Below are positions 30,064 through 39,165 of a stretch of 64,000 nucleotides of DNA, piece by piece. This DNA comes from an uncultured delta proteobacterium (GTDB taxonomy: Bacteria; Desulfobacterota; Binatia; Binatales; Binataceae): the NCBI GenBank assembly GCA_963808235.1, contig CAWEEQ010000004.1, positions 800,001-864,000 of the forward strand, given 5' to 3'. The notes under the pieces are model-generated. The model was not told the DNA's origin and did not search any database. It saw only the letters and a program-made list of their open reading frames with translations. The position numbers and the translations under genes were made by a program. Each line of letters starts with the position of its first letter. Position 1 is the stretch's first letter.

Positions 30064-30828
30064 ATGTTCGAGGGAATATCGAGAGCGCCGTCTGATCATG
30101 GACCAGACGATGAACATGGGAATAGACTCCGCGGCCACCTGAAACGACGGGCCATCGATGAGATCGAACGGCTTTTCGGTTGGCTGAACAAACGCCAGCG
30201 AATCGAACCATCGGCACAACTGGTCAAGGTGAACCTGGGCAGCGGACTCTTCGTGGCTCCGGGATGGATCAACCTGGATGCCAGCGTAAAAACCGTGTTC
30301 GCGAGGCTCCCGCGTTTCGCGCTGCGCTGGACCTATCCGCTGGCGAACGTCCGGAACACGCACTCGCGCGATGAATTCGTCGCCTTGCTGCGGGATAATC
30401 GGTTTATTTTCCACAATTTGAAATATGGAATCCCGCTTCGAGATTCTTCGGTTGATTTCATTTATGCCTCCCACATGTTGCATCACCTCTATCGTGACGA
30501 CGCTTTGAAACTTCTTCGGGAGGCAATCCGGGTGCTCAAGCCAGGCGGCACCATGAGAATTGCGGTGCCAGATCTCGAACTTATCGTCCGGCTATATCTG
30601 GAAGGGAGACGCGAGCAGGCACTGGGATATTTTTTCTATTTGCGGAGTCCAAGGAGCAACTTGAGCAGGCGCTACTATCAGTACGATTTCACGCTCTTGA
30701 AGGTTCTTATGGAAGAAGCCGGAGCGCGGAACGTCCGACGTTGCAAGTTTCGGGAGGGCAGGGTCCCTGACCTCGAGCAGCTCGACCGGTTGTCCGAGGA
30801 GACCCTGTTCGTGGAAGGGGAACGTTAA
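30064..30828 (+). CDS. Class I SAM-dependent methyltransferase
   Basis: VNLGSG..GWINLD, DSSVDFIYASHMLHH, RVLKPGGTMRIAVPD; start uncertain. Confidence 0.85.
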   Translation: MFEGISRAPSDHGPDDEHGNRLRGHLKRRAIDEIERLFGWLNKRQRIEPSAQLVKVNLGSGLFVAPGWINLDASVKTVFARLPRFALRWTYPLANVRNTHSRDEFVALLRDNRFIFHNLKYGIPLRDSSVDFIYASHMLHHLYRDDALKLLREAIRVLKPGGTMRIAVPDLELIVRLYLEGRREQALGYFFYLRSPRSNLSRRYYQYDFTLLKVLMEEAGARNVRRCKFREGRVPDLEQLDRLSEETLFVEGER

Positions 30829-30851
30829 TCTCCCGATCTAAAAAAACTATA

Positions 30852-30930
30852 CATATAAGGATTATATGCTTCAAATATCATCAAATAGTACTAAGAATCA
30901 TGGACAGTAATGAAGTCACCATGGTATAAT
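30852..30930 (+). promoter_or_regulatory. Putative promoter and upstream palindrome of the Crp/Fnr gene
   Basis: TGGACA-N18-TATAAT with extended TGn (30901-30930); CATATAA-N3-TTATATG palindrome at 30852-30868. Confidence 0.55.
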
Positions 30931-30967
30931 AAGGTACAGCAAGGGGTTTTCGACCCCTGAAGCTATC

Positions 30968-31801
30968 ATGAAGCGGCTCAGACGCCCAAGAAAGCGAATT
31001 TTGGATGCTTCCGCCAGTCCGCCGGTGGAAAAGCCCTTGGAAATTCAGGCCCTTTTGAAGCTCTTTCCGACCCTCGAATCCGAAAAACTCAAACGGCTGG
31101 CCGGCGAGATGTCGTTGGTGCGATTCAAACGAGGCGATCGCATTCGCGTCGACACCCAGTCATCGACGGACGTACTGGTGGTTTTGAAGGGAGCGATCGC
31201 GATCACCTGGCAGCACGACAGCCGCCATCAGGTGCTGGTCACGATGCTCGCGCCGGGAGAAATGTACGCGGTTTCCACGCTGCTACCCGAGATGGCGCAA
31301 GGCCTGAAAGGCTGCGCATTCACCAGCAGCCTGGTAGCGACGATCGATTCGAAGAGGCTGGTGGAGATAGTTCTCGGCGTCGGGCTGGGAGCGTTCAAAT
31401 CAGCGATGGAAATGACGGTTGGATGGTCGGCCGAAACGCTCATGCGATACATCAAGATGTTTCACATGGCGCCGCGCGATCGTCTAGTCATTGCGCTGAT
31501 CGAGATGGGCGCAAAGTTCGGCGTGCGTGACTCGAGAGGCCTCATTCTGAATTTGCCGATGACTCAGAAGGACCTGGCCAACCTGCTGGGCGCATCGCGG
31601 CAAAAGGTCAACGCATACCTGGGCGAACTGGTGCGCATGGGAGCGGTGATCAATCTGAGCCGGCAGATCGTTCTGGTTCCGGACAAGCTATTCGCGTTGG
31701 TCGGCGATCCCGATGTCCATTACTACAGCGCGCCGCACAAGCATTCGGTTGCCAAACCGCACGACCTCTCGTCGCATTCAAGACGCGAGATGCATCTCTA
31801 A
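30968..31801 (+). CDS. Crp/Fnr family transcriptional regulator
   Basis: cNMP-like domain (VVLKGAI, LAPGEMY) plus HTH MTQKDLANLLGASRQKVN. Confidence 0.88.
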   Translation: MKRLRRPRKRILDASASPPVEKPLEIQALLKLFPTLESEKLKRLAGEMSLVRFKRGDRIRVDTQSSTDVLVVLKGAIAITWQHDSRHQVLVTMLAPGEMYAVSTLLPEMAQGLKGCAFTSSLVATIDSKRLVEIVLGVGLGAFKSAMEMTVGWSAETLMRYIKMFHMAPRDRLVIALIEMGAKFGVRDSRGLILNLPMTQKDLANLLGASRQKVNAYLGELVRMGAVINLSRQIVLVPDKLFALVGDPDVHYYSAPHKHSVAKPHDLSSHSRREMHL

Positions 31802-31850
31802 AAAGTTTGTTGCCGCGATCCGCGTGGAAATACTGCAACCGCGGGATCGC

Positions 31851-31892
31851 TTGACAGAACCTTGGCGCGCAATGTACTTTGCATTGCAAAGC
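31851..31892 (+). promoter_or_regulatory. Promoter with overlapping palindromic operator
   Basis: TTGACA (31851-31856), 18-bp spacer, TACTTT; perfect palindrome CTTTGCA-T-TGCAAAG at 31877-31891. Confidence 0.7.
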
Positions 31893-31927
31893 TATTTGCC
31901 GAATGGGCTCCTGGAATCGCCGACTAT

Positions 31928-32548
31928 ATGAAAGACCTGAACGAAGCGCTCACCGAGATCTCGGCGATTCGCGCGCAGATCGTACGTACCGCGGAGTTTC
32001 GCGGCTATGGACCCGTGACTGTCGCGATGACCAGTCTCGTCGCGATCGCGGCTGCCGTGGTCCAGGCCCGATTCTTCACCGTCGCGGCGCATGACGTACG
32101 GATCTACCTGGCCGTATGGATCTCGACCGCCGCGATCGCGACCGGCCTTATTGGGTTCGAAATGGTGACTCGGTCGCGAACGATCCATTCGGGTCTCGCC
32201 CAGGAGATGATCTTTCACGCCGTTGAGCAGCTCGTTCCATCGCTAATGGCCGGGGTCCTGATAATGGCCGTGCTAATCAGGGTCGCTCCTGAAGCCGTCT
32301 GGATGCTTCCCGGCCTGTGGCAGATCATCTTCAGCCTTGGCGTATTCGCCTCAGCGCGATTTCTGCCGCGAGCGGTGTTCGCGGTCGCGGCCTGGTATCT
32401 TGTCGCCGGCCTTGTTTGCCTCTCATGGGCTGCGGCCGAGCGCACGCTGTCGCCGTGGATGATGGGAATTCCATTCGGCGTCGGCCAGTTGCTGGCCGCG
32501 TCGATTCTGCAATGGAGTGAAACAGGTATCGATGGCTCAACCGAGTAA
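31928..32548 (+). CDS. Conserved-looking integral membrane protein
   Basis: MKDLNEALTEISAIRAQI...FRGYG, about 6 TMs, LPGLWQ, MGIPFGVGQL. Confidence 0.8.
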   Translation: MKDLNEALTEISAIRAQIVRTAEFRGYGPVTVAMTSLVAIAAAVVQARFFTVAAHDVRIYLAVWISTAAIATGLIGFEMVTRSRTIHSGLAQEMIFHAVEQLVPSLMAGVLIMAVLIRVAPEAVWMLPGLWQIIFSLGVFASARFLPRAVFAVAAWYLVAGLVCLSWAAAERTLSPWMMGIPFGVGQLLAASILQWSETGIDGSTE

Positions 32549-32918
32549 AGACAAGCCGCGCGCGGGCCGCTTTTCATACGAAGGTCTCGACCGCGTGATC
32601 CACGAGCGGGCCCGGCTCAGCATTCTGACGTCTCTAATCGCCAACAAGCACGGTCTTTTGTTTGCCGATTTGAAGCGGCTCTGCGCGCTCAGCGACGGTA
32701 ACCTGAGCCGCCATCTTCAGGTTCTTCAGGAGGCGAAATTGATCGCGGTATCCAAGGGCTTTGAAAAGAATCGGCCGCAGACGGCATGCCGGATCACCGC
32801 GCTGGGACGCGCACGCTACCTCGAATACCTCGAAGTTCTCGAGCAAGTGGTGCGCGATGCGGCGGCGGGGTTGAACGAACAGCCGCGTGGCGTAGCGGAG
32901 CGCCTAGCGCCGACCTGA
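32532..32918 (+). CDS. Winged-helix transcriptional regulator (HTH_34/ArsR-MarR-like)
   Basis: [34 protein letters not shown]. Confidence 0.88.
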   Translation: MAQPSKDKPRAGRFSYEGLDRVIHERARLSILTSLIANKHGLLFADLKRLCALSDGNLSRHLQVLQEAKLIAVSKGFEKNRPQTACRITALGRARYLEYLEVLEQVVRDAAAGLNEQPRGVAERLAPT

Positions 32919-32943
32919 GATTTTTTTAATTGGTTACTCTACG

Positions 32944-33705
32944 ATGCCAAGTACTCTACAATGCAATGCTAACCTTCACGTCGCAATTATCATGGATGGC
33001 AACGGACGCTGGGCCACCAGCCGCCGTCTGCCGCGCTCCGCTGGCCATCGCGCAGGCATCCAGGCGGTGCGCGCAGCGGTCGAGGCGGCGTTCGACTTCG
33101 GTATCAAAACGCTCACCCTGTTCGCCTTTTCCTCCGACAACTGGCTGCGACCTCGGGACGAGGTCAAGTCGCTGATGTGGATGCTTCGCGGCTACCTCCG
33201 CAGCGACACGCGCCGCTTCATCGAGAGTGGCTCGCGCGTGGTCGTGATCGGCCGCCGCGACCGCTTGCCGGCGTCCATCCGCGCGGAGATCCGTCGAATC
33301 GAACGCGCGACTGCGCACGGCCGACGCCTTACGGTGCGAGTCGCAATCGACTACTCCTCGCGGGATTCCATACTGCGGGCCGCATCGAGGCTGCCCGCGG
33401 GGCGACTCTGGTCGCGCGAGGATTTCGCGCGCTTCCTGGTCGAGCCGCCTGCAATCGCCGATACCCGTCCGCCGCTCGATAGCGAGGTTGACCTGCTTAT
33501 CCGAACCGGTGGCGAGCAGCGGCTTTCCGATTTCATGCTGTGGGAATCGGCGTACGCGGAACTGCTTTTCAGCGATCTGATGTGGCCCGAGTTCGGAGCC
33601 AACGAGCTCAAGTCGGCGGTTGAAGAGTTTCATCGCCGCGAGCGGCGCTTCGGAACCCTCATAATTTCCAAACCCAACGCGGCCTTCGCGCCAGGAGAAT
33701 CATGA
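32944..33705 (+). CDS. uppS: Undecaprenyl diphosphate synthase (cis-prenyltransferase)
   Basis: [50 protein letters not shown]. Confidence 0.93.
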   Translation: MPSTLQCNANLHVAIIMDGNGRWATSRRLPRSAGHRAGIQAVRAAVEAAFDFGIKTLTLFAFSSDNWLRPRDEVKSLMWMLRGYLRSDTRRFIESGSRVVVIGRRDRLPASIRAEIRRIERATAHGRRLTVRVAIDYSSRDSILRAASRLPAGRLWSREDFARFLVEPPAIADTRPPLDSEVDLLIRTGGEQRLSDFMLWESAYAELLFSDLMWPEFGANELKSAVEEFHRRERRFGTLIISKPNAAFAPGES

Positions 33706-34517
33706 ATCGATCAACGCAGGATTGGGTGGATCACTTTCGCTGGAACGGTTCGGTTGCGATGCGCATCCCATGGCATATCGGTCCCGATTTGAGCGATGAG
33801 GAACGGGCTGCGATCTCTCATTCAATCCAGATGTTCCAGCTCGGAGAGAACTCGGAGGGTCGGCATCTGATGCGCTACGCGAAAGAGTGGGCCGCCCGCA
33901 CCGGCGACATCGCCTACCCGGAGGCGATCAGGATGCTGATCGTCGAAGAACAGCGCCACGCCGGTGTGCTGGGCCGCTTCATGGAGGTCAATGGAATTGC
34001 GCGCGTCAAAGGCGGCTGCACCGACGGAGTTTTCCGACGGGTGCGAAATATGTTCGGCACGCTGGAGATCTCGATCAGTGTCCTGGTGACGGCCGAGATC
34101 ATCGCGAAGATTTACTATCCGGCATTGAGCGAGGCGACCGCGTCGATCGTCCTGCGCGAAATTTGCAAGCAGATTTATCGTGAGGAAATTGCGCACGTGG
34201 AGTTCCAAACCGAGCAACTGGCGCGCATCCGGGCCGGGCGGAATGCGTCGGGCATGTGGGCGACCCGCTTTTTTCACCGCGCGCTCTTCTATCCGACCGT
34301 CATCGTAGTCGGCGCGTCTCATCAGATGACGTTGCGCCGCGGCGGTTTATCGCTGCGGCAGTTCTTCTCGCGATGCCACCGGCAATTCGTGCGCGACCTT
34401 GCCGCGATGGAACCGGACCGGAACTCGCGCCGGAGCGAAGGGCGCGCTATCGAGACCCGAGGAAAAGTGCCTATCGAGGATCTTCCGTCAACTGCGATTC
34501 ACAACATTCAGTCATAA
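33702..34517 (+). CDS. Ferritin-like di-iron protein
   Basis: FQLGE, EEQRH, AEIIA, EEIAH carboxylate/His pattern. Confidence 0.75.
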   Translation: MNRSTQDWVDHFRWNGSVAMRIPWHIGPDLSDEERAAISHSIQMFQLGENSEGRHLMRYAKEWAARTGDIAYPEAIRMLIVEEQRHAGVLGRFMEVNGIARVKGGCTDGVFRRVRNMFGTLEISISVLVTAEIIAKIYYPALSEATASIVLREICKQIYREEIAHVEFQTEQLARIRAGRNASGMWATRFFHRALFYPTVIVVGASHQMTLRRGGLSLRQFFSRCHRQFVRDLAAMEPDRNSRRSEGRAIETRGKVPIEDLPSTAIHNIQS

Positions 34518-34935
34518 TTCTATGACATATAGTTAGCACCAATCCGCGCCACCGAGTCGTAAGGATCCTCGCGATCGATCACCCCAATAGCTGGATTCGC
34601 GAACATCAGCGCGTCCTCGCGGGTATCGCCGGCAGGGCGCTGAAGCCCTGAGCCATGGCGACGCGCTCCGTCGTACCATTAGCTACGCCGCGTTTCGATT
34701 GCTCGATAGAAAGCCCGATCGCCAATCCAGTCAATATCGTTGAGTGTCAACGCGGCGACACTTTCTAGCTTTTCTTAATTTTTAGGTACAGGATTAATTG
34801 AAATCCACCCTTCCCCTTGTGTACCTACTTCACCCAAGACATTTCGAGAATTCGACTGCGGATTGTGTCCTTAGCGCGTTGACCTGTTGACCGGTGCCGG
34901 CGTGTGTAGGGCGAGAGCTGGGGAGTAGCTCTGGT

Positions 34936-36357
34936 ATGGCAGATCGGTCGCGATGGCAGATTCCGGTTACAACGGTACCCGCAATCGTACTTGTGTTGCT
35001 TGGTTACGATGGCTTGAACTCGCTCATTGGGGGAGCGCAGGCGATCGTTCCAACGCTGACTTACGTTTCAACATCGAATGGCGCGACCTTTTTCGTATCT
35101 CTTGATGGCAGAGATTCGGGGGCGGGTAGCTCGGGTTCTCCGTGGCGGACGATTCAAAAAGCGGCCGACACGTTGCAGCCCGGGCAGACCGCGATAGTAG
35201 CGGCCGGCAACTACGGCGAGCGGGTGGAGATTTCGCATTCGGGGACGCGGACGGCTCGGATCACATTACGAGCCGCGAGCGGTGCGGACGTTCAGCTCCT
35301 GGGCTTCGATCTTACCGGAAGCAACTGGGTGCTGAGCGGGTTTGATATCTCCACCCGCAGGAACGGGCGCCAGGGCTATGGGATCCACGTGTCCGGTTCG
35401 GCCTCGCACGACATTATTCAGAACAACTACATCCATGAACTTTGCCGCGAGGGGATTTTCATGGAGTCGGGAGTCTCGTACATTTCGGTTCTCAACAACC
35501 GCATCTGGCGGGCCGAGATGGCGGGTGCGCAGGTCGACGGCACCGACGACCTGATCGAAGGCAACGAAGTCTGGGGAACTCAGCAGGAGCCGGTCCGGGC
35601 CGGTGGAATCTATTCGGGATGCGTAACGCCCGACGGCGCCGACGCGGACGCGTTCCGCTTCTTCGGGCAGCATAACGTGTTCCGATCCAACTACGCGCAC
35701 GACGTCTACACCGCGTTGCCGACCAACCCCGATCCGCATACCGACTGCTTTCAGACCTGGGGCAGCACCGCGATGAAGGTGGACGACATCCTCATCGAGC
35801 GAAACGTCTGCCGCTGGCCGGTCGCGTCGACCAAGGTGGACGCGTCGACCGCGATGATCGAGGGAATCGACGGGCCGGTGGGAACAGTGACCTTCCAGAA
35901 CAACCAACTGTCGAATATGCGGCAGGGGATTGTCGTCGGGAATAAGGTCGAGGCGCTGAAGATCTACAACAACACCTGGGACCACATCGTGGAAGAAGCG
36001 CTGATCTTCAACGACACGAGATCTCCTGCCGACGAGATCATCAACAATATTTTCTATGACGTCGGCGCTGGCGGCGATGCTTACGCGTCGGTTCCGAGCG
36101 GCAGCCCGCTCTTCCGGAGCAACGTCTTCTACATGCCGGGCGGTGCCAGCGTTGGCACTTATCCGAGCGTGGAGCCCTATACAAGCGTCGATCCGAGGTT
36201 CGCCAACCCCGGCGACTCGACCGGTGCCGGCGCCGATCTGCATCTCCAGGAAAGCTCGCCGCTCAAGCGCTCCGGGGTAACGCTTCCCCAGGTTACCGAT
36301 GACTACTACGGAACCAGCCGCGCCGGTGCGGCGTACTCAGTGGGTGCCGCGCGATGA
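34936..36357 (+). CDS. Secreted DUF1565 / right-handed beta-helix (pectate-lyase-like) protein
   Basis: FVSLDGRDSGAGS..PWRTIQKA, IEGNEV, PHTDCFQTW, DLHLQ, DYYGTSR..YSVGA. Confidence 0.8.
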   Translation: MADRSRWQIPVTTVPAIVLVLLGYDGLNSLIGGAQAIVPTLTYVSTSNGATFFVSLDGRDSGAGSSGSPWRTIQKAADTLQPGQTAIVAAGNYGERVEISHSGTRTARITLRAASGADVQLLGFDLTGSNWVLSGFDISTRRNGRQGYGIHVSGSASHDIIQNNYIHELCREGIFMESGVSYISVLNNRIWRAEMAGAQVDGTDDLIEGNEVWGTQQEPVRAGGIYSGCVTPDGADADAFRFFGQHNVFRSNYAHDVYTALPTNPDPHTDCFQTWGSTAMKVDDILIERNVCRWPVASTKVDASTAMIEGIDGPVGTVTFQNNQLSNMRQGIVVGNKVEALKIYNNTWDHIVEEALIFNDTRSPADEIINNIFYDVGAGGDAYASVPSGSPLFRSNVFYMPGGASVGTYPSVEPYTSVDPRFANPGDSTGAGADLHLQESSPLKRSGVTLPQVTDDYYGTSRAGAAYSVGAAR

Positions 36358-36591
36358 TTGTCACTATGGGGACACCGTCGCGCGCAGTCGGCCGTGGACG
36401 GGCAGACCGGTTGCGCGATCCCTCATGTGTCAGGGGCGTAGCCTCTCTGCGACAGTTTGTTGCACCTTCCGCAAACAAGGAACCAGTTGTCTTAGTGAGT
36501 TGTAGCGAATCACTACAACGCGCAACGGCACATTTCGTGCTCCGCAGACTTGTTGGATTCTCGCGTCGCTTTAGGTTGATCGGGTTCGCAT

Positions 36592-36666
36592 CGGAGCGTT
36601 GCTGTCGCTCCGGTGCGGACCAATTCAAAGCTCCAGCCGGAGCGTTGCTGTCGTTCCGGCGCGGAC
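36592..36666. repeat. Two 29-bp direct repeats, each an internal palindrome
   Basis: CGGAGCGTTGCTGTCGYTCCGGYGCGGAC at 36592-36620 and 36638-36666. Confidence 0.75.
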
Positions 36667-36793
36667 GGAAACAAACGGAGCGCGCCGGCAAATGCCCCGC
36701 GCTCAGGGGAAAAGGAGTGCGACACTGATGTATCGGTAACTTGCGATGGAGTGCTGTCCATCGCAGGTACCGATCCCACATTGCACCAAAGCG

Positions 36794-36851
36794 TTTTTAA
36801 GTCAGGCGCCACGTGTTGCCTTTAGTGATCGTGGCGTCGGGCTTGGGGGAG
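36794..36851 (+). promoter_or_regulatory. Structured 5' UTR hairpin covering the RBS, copy 1
   Basis: TTTTTAAGTC-A-GGCGCCACG ... CGTGGCGTC-G-GGCTTGGGGG; paralogous to 39102-39160. Confidence 0.55.
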
Positions 36852-36855
36852 AAAA

Positions 36856-38943
36856 ATGGCAACAGAAAAGGCCTTGGGCCTGCGCAGGCTAATCCTTGTC
36901 GCGGCGATCGGATTTCTTCTGATCCTGCTCGGTCACAGCCGGGCATACGCTGCGAGTCCCATCCACATTAACAAACCGGCACCCGACTCGGTCGTCTCCG
37001 ACTTGGTGACCACGCTGGTTCGGGTCAAGCCGAAGGTCGCCAAGATAGTTTTCATGCTCGATGGCAACCCGCTGTCGACCACTACCTCAACCAGCTTCAC
37101 CTGGAATTCGGCGACGGTTGCGAACGGGATGCATACCATCGCCGCCAGCGCCTACTCTTCATCCAACCAGTTGCTGAAGACGGTCACCGAGCAAATCAGA
37201 GTTGCGAACAAAAAACCTCCTCCGCCGACTCGTACTCCGACGCCAACCTCCACGCCGACGGCCACCCCGGTGCTTTCGTTCGTGTCTCCGACCAGCGGGC
37301 AGACGCTCAGCGGATCGATAAGCGTCGCGCTGTCATTCTCGAGCCCACCATCGCAAACCAACCCTGGCGCGGTTTGGTGGACCGAATTGTCCGTCGACGG
37401 TGCACCGGTGGTTTCCGGATACAACAATTTGCCCTGGGACACGACCACGGTCGGCAACGGATCGCATACCTTGCGCGTGGATGGTTACGCGTACAACGGG
37501 ACAACTTCGATCGGCAATGCGACCATCAACGTGACGGTCAACAACTCGGGCGTAACCGCAACTCCGACGGCTTCATCGACGCCCACGATCGGCCCGACGC
37601 CGACCGTGACCGCTACACACACGGGCACCCCAACCACCGCTCCGACGCCGACTGCGACACGAACGGCGACTCCGACTCTCGGCGCGACACCGACTGCGAC
37701 GTCCACCCTGCACGCGACCCCGACTGCGACGTCAACGCCGGGCGGATGCGTCAGCATCACGGCACCGGCTCCCAGCGCGACCGTCAATGGCATCGTGGCC
37801 ATCAACACTAACGACACTTGCTCAGGCGCCTGGTTTGAATCGCTCTACGTCGACGGCGCGCATGTTTCCGACTTTCCGGTCGGACAGATCATGTTCACGA
37901 GCACTAGCTACGCCAACGGGATGCACACCATCCAGGTGACCAGCCAGAGCACCAATCCGGGTTCGGTCCAGCTTGGCAGCGCGTCCGAAGCGTTGAACGT
38001 GCAGGCGGGTTCGGCGACCAAGACAGCCACCGCGACGCCTACCACGAAGCCGAGCGCGACGCCGACGCCGGGAGGGGGCCATTACTCAATGATGGGACCC
38101 GGAGCGTCTCTGCCGAGCGAAGCGGCTTGCGTCAGCGCGGTGAACGCGTCGCCTATTCCGGAGAACGCGCCGTGGAACCAGGACGACGGCACCGGCTTTA
38201 ACTCGAATCTGCCTCCATCCGGCGGTGTGCCGGCGTACTTCTACGCCAACGCGCCGTGCTGCAACGAATTGCCGCATGCGGATTTTGCCAACGTCGACGG
38301 AAACTATTCGGGCTCCACAGATGACCTCATCCGAATCACCGCCTGCAAGTGGGGTATCGACGAAGACTACGTGCGCTCGCAGGCGTGGATCGAATCCGAT
38401 TGGCATCAGGACTGCTCCGCGGCGCATGGCGGCTCCGACTGTCAGGAAGGCGGCGATATGGACAGCCCGAGCGGCGATCCGTCAGGCCTGGCGGTCACTT
38501 CGATATCGCCGGGAGGCGTATTCAGCGCCTTCAACGGATTTGGAAATCCCGGCGGCCCAACCGATCACTGGGATTCGTGGAGCATCGTTCAGACCAAGGT
38601 GTACTACGAGTGGATGACGTGGCCGATGATGGAGGAGTCCACGCCTTTCGGGCTCGATTTTCGCTACGCGGAGATGCGCGGTTGCGTCAACGGCGATCAA
38701 TATAGCTACTACAATAGCCAGTCATCCGCGCAGGGCACTGACTATCAGAATGCCGTCAATGCCGCCCGCAACAATCCGAACGGAGCATCGGCAGTCACAG
38801 GCTGGACCAACCTTCAGTACCTTTCGTACGGATGCATCGACACCCACTTTTCCGGCGACTGGTTCAACGGCACAGCCGACAGCTATCTGAACGAGTTCCT
38901 GAACAGGTTGGCAACCGCACCGTGGCCGGGCGGTCTGCAGTAG
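36856..38943 (+). CDS. Secreted Ig-like (x3) / Pro-Thr linker protein with lytic-transglycosylase-like C-terminal domain
   Basis: Signal peptide (AYA); W.sttv.NG.HT repeats; TPT linkers; ACKWGIDEDYVRSQAWIESDW. Confidence 0.75.
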   Translation: MATEKALGLRRLILVAAIGFLLILLGHSRAYAASPIHINKPAPDSVVSDLVTTLVRVKPKVAKIVFMLDGNPLSTTTSTSFTWNSATVANGMHTIAASAYSSSNQLLKTVTEQIRVANKKPPPPTRTPTPTSTPTATPVLSFVSPTSGQTLSGSISVALSFSSPPSQTNPGAVWWTELSVDGAPVVSGYNNLPWDTTTVGNGSHTLRVDGYAYNGTTSIGNATINVTVNNSGVTATPTASSTPTIGPTPTVTATHTGTPTTAPTPTATRTATPTLGATPTATSTLHATPTATSTPGGCVSITAPAPSATVNGIVAINTNDTCSGAWFESLYVDGAHVSDFPVGQIMFTSTSYANGMHTIQVTSQSTNPGSVQLGSASEALNVQAGSATKTATATPTTKPSATPTPGGGHYSMMGPGASLPSEAACVSAVNASPIPENAPWNQDDGTGFNSNLPPSGGVPAYFYANAPCCNELPHADFANVDGNYSGSTDDLIRITACKWGIDEDYVRSQAWIESDWHQDCSAAHGGSDCQEGGDMDSPSGDPSGLAVTSISPGGVFSAFNGFGNPGGPTDHWDSWSIVQTKVYYEWMTWPMMEESTPFGLDFRYAEMRGCVNGDQYSYYNSQSSAQGTDYQNAVNAARNNPNGASAVTGWTNLQYLSYGCIDTHFSGDWFNGTADSYLNEFLNRLATAPWPGGLQ

Positions 38944-38960
38944 TCGGCGAAAACGAAACA

Positions 38961-38997
38961 GTTGGGGGCGACTGGATACTCAGTCAGCGCCCCCAAC
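38961..38997. terminator. Strong hairpin, likely terminator
   Basis: GTTGGGGGCG...CGCCCCCAAC stem 18 bp after the stop; no clear U tract on the + strand. Confidence 0.5.
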
Positions 38998-39101
38998 AAA
39001 TGTCACTGTGGAGACATTTAGATAGTCAATAACGATAGTCAGAACCAGGCTGGAACGAGGTCCGATAGTAGGCGCTGGCTGTAGATTGCCGGGGAATTGG
39101 G

Positions 39102-39160
39102 TTTTTTAAGCCAGGCACCGCGTGTTGCCTTTAGTGGTCGTGGTGCCGGGCTTGGGGGAG
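39102..39160 (+). promoter_or_regulatory. Structured 5' UTR hairpin covering the RBS, copy 2
   Basis: TTTTTTAAGCC-A-GGCACCGCG ... CGTGGTGCC-G-GGCTTGGGGG. Confidence 0.55.
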
Positions 39161-39165
39161 AAAAA

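Noticed and set aside
36592-36690. Mini CRISPR array
   Set aside because: Only two full units, a 17-bp spacer and no cas genes.
36358-36790. c-di-GMP riboswitch upstream of surface protein genes
   Set aside because: Could not find the class I or class II core motifs by eye.
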